Part shown: one piece after another, positions 25,011 to 38,115 of the stretch
How the letters are laid out: the number at the start of each line of letters is the position of its first letter
Position numbering within the stretch: position 1 is the first letter of the stretch
Assembly: GCA_964016885.1 (NCBI GenBank)
Contig: OZ024742.1
Coordinates: forward strand, 117,366,001 to 117,430,000
DNA from: Eledone cirrhosa
Lineage: Eukaryota
Length of the DNA: 64,000 nt
Direction of reading: 5' to 3'
Made by a program: the position numbers and the translations under genes
The notes under the pieces: model-generated
Databases searched by the model: none
What the model saw: the letters and a program-made list of their open reading frames with translations, nothing else
What the model was told of the DNA's origin: nothing

Positions 25011-26128
25011 TTCAGGACCCCGATGGCTGAGCTATGGTTGTTTCAACAGCTAGATCCAAACTAAGTCATCAGTATTAGAACAGCAAGAATCTAACTGAAC
25101 TTATCAAGAGATACAGTCCATATATGGGTATGCTGTCAAAGCAGAAAGGCAAAAAAATCTAAGCAAAAAATCTTTAAAAGGTTATTGTTTTTCTCTGGGA
25201 GTGGTCAGTGATCTGGGGTGAGGGGGCACCTTAGATCAAATGCCCCATTTAGTCCTGCTAAGTGTTATGTATATAGTTTATTACCTTATTGGCAGCAGGG
25301 TGGGGGGCCAAACAGGACGAAATACAAGGGGGAAGGGGTTAGTAGACAAACTGGCCTGAAAATGCCCTGCTGGTGAGGCACACACACACGCCATTAAGAG
25401 AGACTTTTTATCCTAAACAACTATTTCTAATCTATAGAAACGGTATTATGCTTAACTTCAAATCAAGAGGGGAAAAAACAAATTAGAGAGAATATAACTT
25501 TGGCATATATAAATCAAAGAGGATAGCATAGTGTATTTATGTTATTGTTAGTTTGCTTTATCATACACTTTGCTAAAAAGCTAAGCATTTATAATTTATT
25601 ACTAATTCAGCTCCTCATAGAGAAATCTAGTTATCAATTACTCTATGGCCCGAGAAGAGCGCCTCAAACATTAATTTACTTAATTTTTCCCCTTTATTTT
25701 CAAACACTCATAAATCTACCCTTAGTCTGAAAGATAGTACTAATCATCTCCTCTGTAGTACTGTTGTAAATTAGCTAAGGTGCTATAGCAAAGAAAATTC
25801 CCCAAAAGCCTGAAGGTATCAATTTAACATGTATGTCAAAGCTATTGCCAAACATGAGCAAAAGGAACTAATATTGAAGATTAGCTAATAGGTTTCTTTA
25901 ACAAGTCTGACACTATAGTTAGTGATAGTGCTTAAGCACTAGCATAATATAGGTTTGTATGCCAGTACACATTAACTCTGTATACCGTGCCTGTTTGCTT
26001 TGACTGCATGCCCATATATGGACTGTACTCCTTGATAAGTTCAGCTAGATTCCCGCCATTCTAATACTGATGGCATAGTTCGAATCTAGCTGTCGAAACA
26101 GCTGGAGCTCTGCCGTCAGGTTCCTGAA
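25011..26128. mobile_element. 1.1-kb element bounded by ~140-bp inverted repeats carrying hammerhead-like cores (Penelope-derived inverted pLTRs)
   Basis: 25011-25151 is the reverse complement of 25988-26128, with mismatches. Each arm has CTGATG(A/G)...CTGT(C/T)GAAAC. The arm end matches 54678-54718, which lies downstream of a GIY-YIG fragment. Confidence 0.7.
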
Positions 26129-26412
26129 TCTTTTCATATTACCCACTCTACTACCCCAAGTATTGAGTACTCTGGTGGGTTATGGTCCACCTGGTATTTT
26201 ATCACACCTTATCTGATATATATATATATGTAGTAGTAGTAGTAATAGGTAGGTTAAAAATATAAAGGTATAGAACAACTCAACTCCGTAGCATGTCATT
26301 AAGGCCAGTTTCTACACCAGGTATGTAAGATTCGTTAACCATGAGGGACCAACTTATTCAACCTCTGCCAATGTACATCCATTCATACATATATTTATAT
26401 GTGTGTGTGTTG

Positions 26413-26483
<71 letters not shown>

Positions 26484-26494
26484 TATAGATATAT

Positions 26495-26670
26495 AGTCAA
26501 TTAACTCAACTCCTAATATGACAAGTATTTTATCGACACTAAAGAAATGAAAGCAAATTTGACGAATTAACAAGAGTAAGAATATAAATTTTGTGTTCTA
26601 AAGAATGATACCAAATACTGTAAATCCATTGATTGAATGCTTTTCTTTTTCTGCCAACTCAACAGTCTTT
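26495..26670 (-). mobile_element. Degenerate SINE
   Basis: AGTATTTTATCGACACTAAAGAAATGAAAGCAAA is the reverse complement of the SINE core. Confidence 0.5.
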
Positions 26671-27719
26671 TAGCCACCTATTTTATCCGTGGAACTACTG
26701 TACTTATTTTAGCAGTAAATTAGTAACAATAATAATTTAAAAGACATTTTCTGAACATTTTATAAGTAATTACATATCTGTATTTTTGCTTTTGTTCTGT
26801 AACAGTAGTTCAGCAAATCAAGATCAATAAAATAAGTAATAAACTGAAATAAGTACTGAGATCAATATGATCACTGAAACTCTTTAATATTACAATCTAT
26901 TATTACTATAATCTAATATGACTACAATCCAGTTGAATGACTGAAGCCAAATCAGTGAAATCTGGTTCATTGTTATTGTTCATTTGATTTGTTGATTTCA
27001 CCCTTCCACACTTATACATGAGCAGCACATAATTAGAGCTCTTGGCTTTGCTCCATATGTGAGGCCCCACTCTCACTAAGAATCTATTGTGGTGTACACA
27101 CATCTTAAACATAACTAGACCTTTAAAAGAGTGACTCTTCTCTTCAGAGCCAGAAATTACTTAAGCCCTTAACAATCTCTGACCCATTACAAAACTCAGG
27201 TGTTCCCCAGTGAAGCGCTACTCCAACATCTGGGACAGTTCTGCTGCCATACGCACAAACATCCTAGACTGCATCCAAATAATATTCGCTTATCTGATTA
27301 GCTTAGAATCAGTGACAGACATACTCCAGCCTCTCTCTGCTTTTTCTATAGCTAGTACAATGGCCTCTGTTCCTTGGCCTGGCTGACATCATGCAGCCTG
27401 TCCAACTTATCTCTTATCACCAATATTGCATGCAACCTTAGAGGCCCTGCACTAACCACTACACCCAGTATTTTCCCTCTAGAGATAACCTGCAACAATT
27501 TAAAATGAAAATCAACAGCATCAATCTCATCAGTCACAGAGAGCAAGTAAAGATCTGTTGACAGTTGGAGGGCTAATCACTCCAAATCAGTTACAACTTG
27601 GGCACTCAAACTTATCCCTCAGATAGACAAGCACTCTTAATGGATCTCCTACTATGGCAAGTAGTGTGATGGAGGAGGAAAAACCTGATACTGGAATGAA
27701 ACTGAGAACCCAAATGCCT

Positions 27720-29000
27720 CTTTTAATATCTATACTCAATGTCCTTAGGTGGACAGTTTCATGAACTTCAGTACAAGAATGCCACAAACTATCATTCAAT
27801 GCAGTAGTTATATAAAAACATAGATGGAAAACATCTCTTAAGACTCCTACAATCACAGTCCAATCATCATACTACACACTGATTTACTCATCTGCAGATG
27901 AAAGAGGAGTCGGTGGCATTTGAATACTGGTTACATCATCTATTGCAAAAGCATTGCCAAAGTATTTGACCGAATACTCATCATTGTGATAAACAGTAAT
28001 CCAAAAGTGACTCTCATTTCTGCCTATGTCCCAACAGAAGATAAAAGTGATAAGGTTAAATATAAGTTTTATGCAAACCTTCTACAAATAACAACATCAA
28101 TGGTACAACACAACCTATTATTAATGATGAGTGACTTCAATGTTAAAATCAGTCAAGACTCTGCTGATACATCTCCACGTGTCTGTGAAGTATGCATATA
28201 CCACAAAGGGACAAATAGCAATGGGAAATGACTCATCAGTTTCCGTAAGTCATCTCAAATGAGAATAGCAACCACTTTAAAGCCCCATCTAAACAGATAT
28301 TAGTGGACATGGCAACACCCAAGTGGATGCAGAGTTCTAATAGACCATATCTTAATCAAAGGCAGATGGATAAACTCACTTAAAGATTGTAGAAGTTACT
28401 CAAGGCCAGATTTGAATTCAGATCATCAAATGTTTATGGCAAAAATAAAGATCAGCACAAAATAATGTGGAGGCCAAAATGTTAATCATGCAACCCCACC
28501 AAAATAAACACAAAACTACAATATACTATTAAAATATTAAATCTCTTTCAAGCCTTACCAGGCTGAAAATGATGACAGTGATATACAAATGCATTATAAA
28601 AAAAATATTACAAATTATAGATGCTACAAATGAGAAGCTCCTAGCAAAGATAAAACCACAATGAATCAGTGAAAATAGCAAGAATGTTATTGAAAGGTGT
28701 AGAGCAGCTAGAACCATTGGAATCTAACACACTATACAAAGTGGACACATGCTGCAGAAGAAACAGAAAAATCAATAGTTTCAGATAACATAATTACCTG
28801 ACTTCTATAGGTGAATAAGCAAATGCAATAGTCAGAATAGGTTGGATTGCTGAAGTCTACAGACAGATTAAAGACATTTGCAACAAGCAATAGGTATGCT
28901 CTGTTTTACTTGTCAACAAATAGGTGGTACAACCCCCTTCAGCAAGAATGAACTATTAAGTGAGTAAGCTAAATACTTTTCAAAATTTCTAAACCTGTGT
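27720..29000 (+). mobile_element. Degenerate LINE (RTE-like) endonuclease region
   Basis: TLNVL, EHRW-like, ERGVGGI, TLISAYVPTE..KYKFY, MSDFNVKI, TNSNG, WTWQHPSG, IDHILI and SDH APE motifs, with stops and frameshifts. Confidence 0.75.
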
Positions 29001-29343
29001 TGCTCTGTTGAATATGAGTAAGCACAGCCATTGTGGATACTTGATCTGTTGCTGTTCTTGGTCTACCATTATGTTCTCAATCTTGGACATTTCCTTCTTC
29101 TTTAAACAACCTTCCAGCTGTTAACTGATCAATAGAACTGTAATGCAACTGATCGAATAGAATTTCAAACTCTACTGCACAAAATATAACTTCAACACAT
29201 TCATTTATTGAAAACTTCTCAGACATGGTTCTGAATTTTAAAAAATAATCATTATTTTATTAACATTTATCACATTTACTTACAGAAATAACAAATATGA
29301 AGATATTGCAAATTATTATTTTACTGGTGCATACTTTTACATC

Positions 29344-29347
<4 letters not shown>

Positions 29348-29432
<85 letters not shown>

Positions 29433-29480
29433 GTGTGTGCATGTGTGTGTGTGTGTGCACGTGCATGTGTGTGTGTGTGT
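29348..29480. repeat. (TG)n microsatellite
   Basis: Seen directly in sequence. Confidence 0.97.
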
Positions 29481-29879
29481 AGTTGTGGATATAAGCGAAA
29501 GAAATCAACCCATAATGTGGAATTTGAGAGTATTTGTATTAACAGCGTGACTTAACTCCAAATTGTCATGAGATGTATTGAAGAAAAGTAAAACAAAATG
29601 GAGAATGGAGTTTATGGCCATGAGGTTAAATGCCTTCCATTGGTTAGTTCAAGTCCTTGGGGGTATTGATAAATCAGCAACAGCAGATGAATGGGCAAGT
29701 GCAGGATGTTTACTTCTTAGCTGTGCCATTAAATTTAATTGAATCCAGCAACGTGCATTATATGTTCATGAGCACCCCTTTACTAAGCCCTATCCATTAT
29801 ACTCTAATGACCCTTTTCAGAGTGAAACACTATTTGTTCTTAATAATTGCACATCTTACTAGTTCACTAATCCAATCTC

Positions 29880-32500
29880 TGTAAACTGTGTGTGCCAGAT
29901 CAATGCATTCAGTTTCCAGTAACTGAGTTCCTGTCTATGAAGCTTATCCAAGTTGACTAGACTGCGTGCACATTTGTGATCTGTGTAGTCAACTTCTTTA
30001 ATTGTGAACAACCTTTGCTATGCTTATCTACTTGCATACAGAATACCATATCTAGATTTGATCTGGATGAGATGATGTGGTTTGGTCATGTCCACATTGG
30101 CATATTCAGGATATACAGTTGGTACTTGTCAGACAATTGGAAATGCCTGAGCAGGTCTGCAAGACATTCACCCACCCTGTCTGCTAGCTCCCTATAGCCC
30201 CAGTATGTATCCAATGTACCATTCCAATCCCCCACTAACACTAAAGAGTGGGATGGTCCCAGAAAGATCTTTAGATGCTTGAAAAAATCATATCCTGCAT
30301 AAATGCCTACATATCTGAAAGCATGCTCTTTGATGCTTTTCATGTCCAGCACCACCAAATTTCCCTCTTTGACCAGGAAGATGGTCTGCATTGTGAGCTC
30401 CAGACCTTTCAAAAGCAACTCAGTGACTACACCACCTGAGTGTGAACAATTTAAATATGCATATACATCGAAGTTGACAAACTTGGGCACAAAGGCTTAT
30501 GCCTCAGAAATTCTGGTTTTGCTGATAACCACCAGATCCATATATCATTGAGTAGGTGACCCTGCTACCAAGGCAACTCAGGCCATGTACATTCACACTG
30601 CCTATTTTGAATAAAGCCAAGTTTTTCAGAGAGGAAAAACACAAGAAAAAACACCTTGATTTTTGTGTAAAAGTGGCTTGTCTGTCCATCTGGCAAATTC
30701 TGGGTATTCTCACAAGTAAATACCAAATATGTGTGTGTATGTACACTGTGTTGTCTGTATAATTGAAGCTGTTGGGGAAATTACCTTGTGTGATGCTTGT
30801 AATTTATTAGGTCTGTGTTCTTTGTGTTTACTATATTGCTATATTTCTATTTTTTGTTGGGTTTGCTTCTGTTGTTGTGGGTAAAGATTGGGTTGCGTTT
30901 GTGCTGTTGGTGGTGTCTTTGCCAGTCGTGGTGATGAAGTTGATGTTTGTGATTTTTTTTCCTTGCAGACTTTCTTATTTTATTTTGTCCATTTTTTGTG
31001 TGGGAGAGGTTTGTTCATTATTTCTTTCTGTCTTCTCTTTTCCATTTCATTACAATCTTCCATGCCTCATTCTGGTCAGACTTGCCACAGGCCATGTCTG
31101 AGTATGTGAAATAGGGGAATTGAATGTCCTTCACTTGTGTTGTGGAATTCTATTATTGATGTAGTGGGGATTGGTGTTACTGTAGCTGTTGTTATTGATA
31201 TTCTTGTTGCTGTTGTTTTTTTATGTTGCTTTGTCCTGTCTTGTTTGTACTGTAGTTGATGGCACTTCCAGTGCTGTTGTTGTTGGCATGCTAGTGGTCA
31301 TTGATGTTTGCTTGTTTATTATTTTTTTCTTTAGTATTCAGTTTTGAGAAGAAAACCTTTGAGTGTTTTGTTGCAGCACAGATATGACATTTGGACTTTC
31401 TGCCCTTCACTCTTACTGGTAAGAATTCTATTATCCAGGAGATGCCTTTGGTCAGGTATAGGCTCCACACACTTCTGGCTCATCTGGAGGAAGATTTATA
31501 TTCCCATCCCCATCAAGTTTTCTCTTCTTGTTGAGTACATTTCAAAGATTTTTGTAGCTTCTTTCATGTTCACATTAATAACAATGGAATGGTTATTGCA
31601 GGTGGTATTTGGATAACAGATTTTTGTCACATACTGGATGTCTTCACTCTCCAGGGGTGTCAGTGAGTGAGATTTTACATTTTCATTCATGGCAAATCTG
31701 ACCTCTACTGTACCTTGGGTGATGTGTTTCAAGTTCCCACATACAGGCCAATGCATTTTGGGTATGGGCCTTGCTTGCCTAGTTCACCTTAGTCCAATTA
31801 TATGGTTCATCAGTGGATGGCATATTATGTTTTCAATAATTTCTGGTAGGGTGTTTAGGCTAACAATGTGGCCAGTTCTTTCAACCAGTTATCTAGCCTC
31901 TTTCACTTTCTCTTCATTGAATGTCATTCTTATCTTTCCATAGTGCTTGCAAAAGTGAGACACACATGATCCTATTGTTGTTGTCACTGACAACATCCTC
32001 AGTTTCTTGCAAGGCTGTTGCAGTATTTGTTGAACAAACAGTACTAGTTATGGTGGTGGTTGTTATATTGGTGGTGATATTGATAGGATGATGGCAGGTT
32101 TGGCTGACTTACTGTCTTGGTATTACTGTTGTTGTTGTTGTGCTTGATCTTGTTATCACTTTTACTGTCGGTGGGGTGGGGGTAATATTGTTGATGCTTT
32201 ATTCTTTAACCCTCCTCCCAACCCCGTTTTACATTTTTAATACTTGACAGATGCTGTCATCATCAAGCATTTCTAGAAGCTTGTTGAACATCTATCCTCC
32301 TGACTTTGTAATGTAGTATCACTCTCTATTTAATCCCTGAAAAAGCATCTATGTTATTTTTTACACACAAATTTTGATATTGTTCATTTTTTAAATTTAA
32401 AACTACAACACCCATAAGAGGAATTATGCTGGTTTCCACACATTTGAGTCAAGTTTAAATACTTAAACAAAACACAAAAACTGTTAAAAATAACTTGATT
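29880..32500 (-). mobile_element. Old, degenerate Tx1-like element (ORF1 plus EN part of ORF2; 3' part missing)
   Basis: 30086-30490 (-) aligns by eye with the EN of 16602 (FDVYAYL..SGGVV, EGNLVVLD, FFKHLKIFLGPSHSLVLVGDWN, FQLSDKYQL..MPMWT). IGSVNVHGL lies at ~30590. Upstream sequence has ORF1-like low-complexity composition. Confidence 0.75.
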
Positions 32501-32759
32501 GCAAAATAAGATGGCTTGCATATCGACAAATGCCTTGCCCCATCTTCTATGCCTCTTTGCTGAAAACTGTCCTCTAATTCCTGTCCATGTTTTCTACCCA
32601 CCCTTCCAACGACCACTTACTGAACTTACTGTAATGCTGTTAAATTACTCCCCTAATCTTTCACCTTCTAACTGCTTTGAAAATTAACTATCTATAATCA
32701 TACTATTATTGTCTCTGTATGGTATGTACATACATATCATAGATGGGTAACTAGTATAC

Positions 32760-34505
32760 ATGTGCATTCATGTGTATCTCTTGGACAGCCGTACACTCCG
32801 TAAGCCATAGGGAAAGCCATCCATCTAGGAAGGCGATCACTCTGAATAAATAAAACTACATGGGGCAGGCATGAGTTTTGTAGCTATAGTGAAGTCAACC
32901 CATTTAGGAGAGCATTCACTCTAAATAAAAACTAATAATGGATAAACAGAGTTATTATGTTCTATCACACAATTTGTCTAATGCTAGTGCCACAATAAAA
33001 TGCACCCAGGCCACACACTAAAGTAGTTGGTGATATGAAGGCCATCCAGCCAGAAAAACCCTGCCAGAAATTATGGAAAGCACAATTCAAACACACTAAT
33101 TGCATATACAGGATTAACACTAATCAGGTTAGTGCTGTGCCAAAATCCCAACATCCTCACCAACCACTTTCCTATTCAGGTACAAAAAGCTGCTACCAAT
33201 AAATTGACCAAGCACCACAATCAGGTAACACATCAAAGAGCTGCCACTCCTAATTTGCACACAGTTAAAGGTTGATTGGGACAAACATTGGAGATGCTTC
33301 AGAAGAGATGAGTAGATGTTTCCTGTGTTTAAGAAATGAGAGGGGGGTGAGGAGCATCATTTAGACTTCTCAGAGACAAACAACATGGATATAAGCTATT
33401 TGGTGATGCAGTATGTGGGGTAGACATTCTACTAGCTGAGGAGTGAATAGATAAGGTAATTGAGGTAGGGTATATGTCAATCTCAATGGTCCTAGGCAAA
33501 TAGTTATCTCTACTTATGTGCCACAATCAAGATTAACTAAAAAACAAAAAGATTGTTTGTATGAAGAACTCTTATAGTCGACCTTGACAATAAATTACAG
33601 TGAATTCATTATTCCAGCAGGTAACTTGAAAGGACATGTTGGTCAGCATGTTGATTATGTTGATTATGGATATGGCCTAAGAAATGAAGTGGTGTCAAGG
33701 CTTGTAGAATTCAATGATGCATATGACCTAATGATTTGCAACATTACCTTCAGGAAACCAGCCAGACATTTGCTCACCTACCAATCAGGTGAACACAATC
33801 TAGATTGACTGCTTGCTTGTTAGAAATTGTGATTGACAGAGGGTTATGAATGCTAAGGCCTTTCCTGTTGAATAATGTACGCACATCATAACAAGTTATT
33901 TATGAGTGATGTCAAAACGAGAAACATCAGAAAATCTGGAAAAGGAGGGTTCAGAAGCTAGAAGCATCTTCTGTTAAATATAGATTGAAAACCTCTATGT
34001 GATGTGTATAAGAGGGAGGAAGAGATAGACATATATGGCAGAGGATAATTGGAAGTTTCTATAGGATAACCTACAACAGGCTACTGAAAAGAACAGTGGC
34101 TGGAGCAAAGTACCAGCTGGACAGAAGGTAACCTGGTGGGGAAACAGTACTGTAGATAGCTGGACTATCAGAGATAATCACTGAGATGCTGAAATCATCA
34201 AGTGAAGTAGGAGTCAAGCTACTCACACATATAGTCTATCAGGTAATACATAATGATGTCATACACAATGACTAGCATAGTCATATAATCAGTAATTGTT
34301 ACAAGGAAAAATGTGATGGAAAGGAGCAACTACAGGGACATTAAACTGATGAATTAAGTTTTGAAAATGATAGAAATGGTTTTGGCACAACTAATTAGGA
34401 AAAGAGTCAAATTTGGTTTTGTGCTAGGAAGAAGCACTCCAGCTACACTCTTCTTTGTGAGACAACTACAAGAGAATTTCAAAGCCTAGTATAAACCACT
34501 ATATC
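32760..34505 (+). mobile_element. RTE LINE, 5' portion (UTR, EN, start of RT), degenerate
   Basis: GVDILLAE, VISTYVPQ, GNLKGHVG, GYGLRNE, LMICNITFRKP..LLTYQSG; later RSNYRDIKL and FGFVLGRST. Confidence 0.75.
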
Positions 34506-34729
34506 AGTTACATAGTAACCCTGGAATAGCTATAGAAGTATCAGTGAGCTTGTCCAGTAATAACACAGGATATCCTGGATGCCTGTTCAAGCACCACACC
34601 AGCTAGTAATAGAAACTATGAGTATAACTGTCTGCTTTCTCTCCAGGCACTTCACAAGCCTGTAGTTGTAGCCAGTTGTGTTATGTGTTTGATTTATATA
34701 TCCTTATATATATATACTACGACTAACCT

Positions 34730-35215
34730 GCAGGGTATCTTGGCCATGAGACACTGAAAGTTGTTGCCCACAGCAATGGGTGGATGATTCCATCATTCTT
34801 CTTTAGCGGAGTCACATTAGCAGTGAAAAAACAAAGATACAGGCATGGCGAGGGGGCTCTCCACAGAGAAGATTGTTTATTATTGCTGTAATCAACCAAA
34901 GCAAATGCAATACCACTTCAGTAGACTGCGGCAACATTAGATGTTTGAGGTGACTAGGCCTCAGGCCATCTACTCTGCCACTGTTGCTTTCTGGGAAGGG
35001 TCTCAGAGCAGCTACCGCATCTTTGCTGAACATGGCCAAAGCAATGTCACTGGCAGGGGCTTGGAAGTCCTGATATTGGCTGGAAGATCTGGGTGCTTGA
35101 AGTAAATAGTAACCAGGACCAGTAATGAAGGCTTGAGTACCATGTCAATTGAAGCCAGTGTCTGCCCTGTGGCTGAAACATCACCCTCAATTTGTTGGTT
35201 AACCGTCACAGAGGT
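34730..35215 (-). mobile_element. CRE-clade non-LTR retrotransposon RT fragment
   Basis: ALRPFPESNSGRVDGLRPSHLKHL...TAIINNLLCGEPP, then a frameshifted KKNDGIIHPIAVGNNF, matching the CRE-type SF..GS.GG.DGLRP.HL...KKDGGIRPIAVG pattern. Confidence 0.65.
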
Positions 35216-35537
35216 GTTTGGTATTGTCAGGATAGAGATGTATGTGCAGTGTCGATGTGTGTGACCCTTGAAGTCTGAATTGTTCGCCTCTTACTAAATA
35301 AACAACTTATGGTAAACCTTATATATGTAAGGGAGATCATTCTAACAAGAAAATGGGAGTAATATGTGTTCAGAGAGAGAACAAGTGTTAATTAGAACAT
35401 TTTAGTCTGGCCTAGACCATCTCTTCAAAAATAATTTTGATTCATGATGGGATTGATTGTAAATTTCTAGTCATATATTTAGGCAGTGTTTTTTAGAAGA
35501 CAGCTGTTAGAGTATATTCTACTTTTCTGAGCTGCAT

Positions 35538-35585
35538 AACTGACAAGATTTCGCTCTATTGATGCTTTCGCCTGTATTCAGAGTT
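35538..35585 (-). ncRNA. Hammerhead-like core, one substitution
   Basis: Minus strand AACT-CTGAATA-...-GAAAT-CTT-GTC-AGTT; stem I AACT/AGTT pairs and the GUC triplet is present. Confidence 0.4.
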
Positions 35586-35608
35586 TTATACTGGTATCCA
35601 ATTAGTTG

Positions 35609-35717
35609 TAGCAGATTAATCTTGCATGTACCATCAATCTTCAGCCTTTATGGAAATATATATATGATTTTTCGTAAAGGCTGAAAATTGATGCTGTACA
35701 CAAGAATTAATCTGCTA
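35609..35717. repeat. Imperfect hairpin / inverted repeat
   Basis: TAGCAGATTAA.CTTG...TCAGCCTTTA versus TAAAGGCTGA...CAAG.ATTAATCTGCTA. Confidence 0.75.
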
Positions 35718-35888
35718 TGATTAATCAAGAAATGTGAAACAAAAATGAAAACCTGTACTTAGTTGCCATGTTTTTAAGTAATGTAAAATACCTTTATGTT
35801 TACATATTGAGGGCTCATTCTTTCTTATTACAATGTACATTCAGCTAACTATATATATATATATATGTGTGAGGAGGATGTATGTAAA

Positions 35889-36336
35889 TATAAGGAAAAG
35901 AAATTGAAGATGCAACTGAAGTCTTTTAAGAATATTTATTTACTGTACTGGTTTCACAGTTCTTATGATTTTCAAAAGAAAAAGTGAGATGGAGGGTGTG
36001 TGTTTCTGTTGTGGTTTGTCTCGCATCTGGTTCACGTTCTAAAGTTCTTCCTGTATAAATCTGAAAGAACTTTCGAACTTGAACTTAAATGTACTTAATC
36101 ACGTGACAGTCATCAACCAACCAAATTACATTTTAAAGAAACAGCAATCTGTGATACTTTTTTCATATAAAACAGAAAGAACTTTCGAACATGAACCAGA
36201 GGGAAGACAAACCACAACAGAAACACAAACCCTTCATCTCAATTTTACCTTTGAAAATCATAAAAACTGTGAAACTGGTAAATAAATAAATATTCTTAAA
36301 AGACTCCAGTTTCATTTTCAATTTCTTTTCCTTATA
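35889..36336. repeat. Long inverted repeat (~175-bp arms, ~95-bp spacer)
   Basis: 35889-36066 is the reverse complement of 36161-36336 with scattered mismatches. Confidence 0.85.
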
Positions 36337-36380
36337 CTTTCACCCGTGTCGGACATCTTTTAAAAATCCTCTCATTTTCT

Positions 36381-36405
36381 TATATATATATATATGTATG
36401 TATGT

Positions 36406-36446
<41 letters not shown>

Positions 36447-36536
36447 TATGTATGTATATATGTATGTATATGTATGTATATATATATGTGTGTGTGTATA
36501 TATATATATATGTATGTATATATATATGTGTGTATG

Positions 36537-36569
<33 letters not shown>

Positions 36570-36618
36570 TTATATAAATATGTATGTATGTAAATATATA
36601 TATATATATACATCTATG

Positions 36619-36656
<38 letters not shown>

Positions 36657-36849
36657 TATATATGTATGTATATACGTATATATGTATGTATGTATATATG
36701 TATATATGTATATATGTATGTATGTATATACGTATATAATGTATGTATGTATATACATATATATGTATGTATATACGTATATATGTATATATGTATATAC
36801 GTATGTATGTATATATGTATATATATATGTATGTATATATATATATATG

Positions 36850-36894
<45 letters not shown>

Positions 36895-37125
36895 ATATGT
36901 ATGTATGTATGTATATATGTATGTATATATATATATATGCATGTATATATGTATGTATATATATAAATATATATATATATATATGTATATATATATGTAT
37001 ATATATATATATATGTATATATATGTATATATATATATATGTATATATCTATGTATATATGTATGTATATATGTATGTATATATATATGTATGTATATAT
37101 GTATGTATATATATATATGTATGTA

Positions 37126-37192
<67 letters not shown>

Positions 37193-37253
37193 GGTATATA
37201 TATATATGTATATATATATATGGAGTGTGTGTATATATATATATATATATATA
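36381..37253. repeat. ~870-bp (TA)n/(TATG)n microsatellite
   Basis: Seen directly; it generates the spurious YI/VCI ORFs. Confidence 0.97.
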
Positions 37254-37532
37254 AACACACAAAAGAAATTGATGTGCACGTTTGATAGAAAGAACAGTCC
37301 CTCATTTTCCCTATACATGGATTTTTTATATAAAAAAATCTTTAAGAAAGTAATTTTTAACCACTGTAATTGTCCTCTTGTAATTCAAATCTTTCTAATT
37401 TGTAGTGATGATTTTTAATTAACAACAAAAAAGACAAAAATACAAGATACACAAACATTCCATCTACTTTAAACACAACCAAAGAATAAATAAATATTTA
37501 GATATCCCTATTTATCATCCCCTTTTCCATGC

Positions 37533-37577
<45 letters not shown>

Positions 37578-38115
37578 ATATGTATCTGATATTAGTTTGA
37601 TTTTATCTGTTTTCCATTCTTCTTTATTTACTTGAAAGCAAGACTTGCTATACTTTTTCTAAATATCCTTCGTTATGTCATTATTTTTACTGAACTTGTG
37701 GACTCTGTAATATTGATATAGTAGTAATATTGATATTGCTGTCTGTTGTCATTGGCATCAGGTGTGTTATGAAATTCCCATAGTCTGTACGTTTCTTTTG
37801 GTGTTGTTTTTAAACATTTGTGTGTCTGTGTGAATGTGAATGAAGAAGAACTACATAATCTTCTTCTAACCACAGATTAATTTAAATTTTTAAACATTAC
37901 AATTAAATTGTTCATGGATCCAATTTTGGAAGCAACTTGCAGTTGCTATCACTGGTAAGTAAGACATTTTCATTACTCATTTAATAATTTGGCTTGGCCA
38001 GTATTGAGATTCTAGCACAGCATCTTAAAAGATGAATCAAGGGAAAAAGATTGCTAAAGAGAAATTTGTTGTAATAATGAAGGTTTCTTAATGTCTTTTT
38101 CTTAATAGTGTAGAA

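Noticed and set aside
36340-37418. Long ORFs (up to 321 aa) of YIYI/VCIY composition
   Set aside because: Translations of the (TA)n/(TATG)n microsatellite; the same applies to similar ORFs at 7.8, 23.7, 29.3, 43.9 and 46.7 kb.
37876-37954. Possible exon (CACAG acceptor, CTG|GTAAGT donor, MDPILEATCSCYH)
   Set aside because: No recognisable protein similarity or Ig motif; splice-like signals are common by chance in AT-rich DNA.
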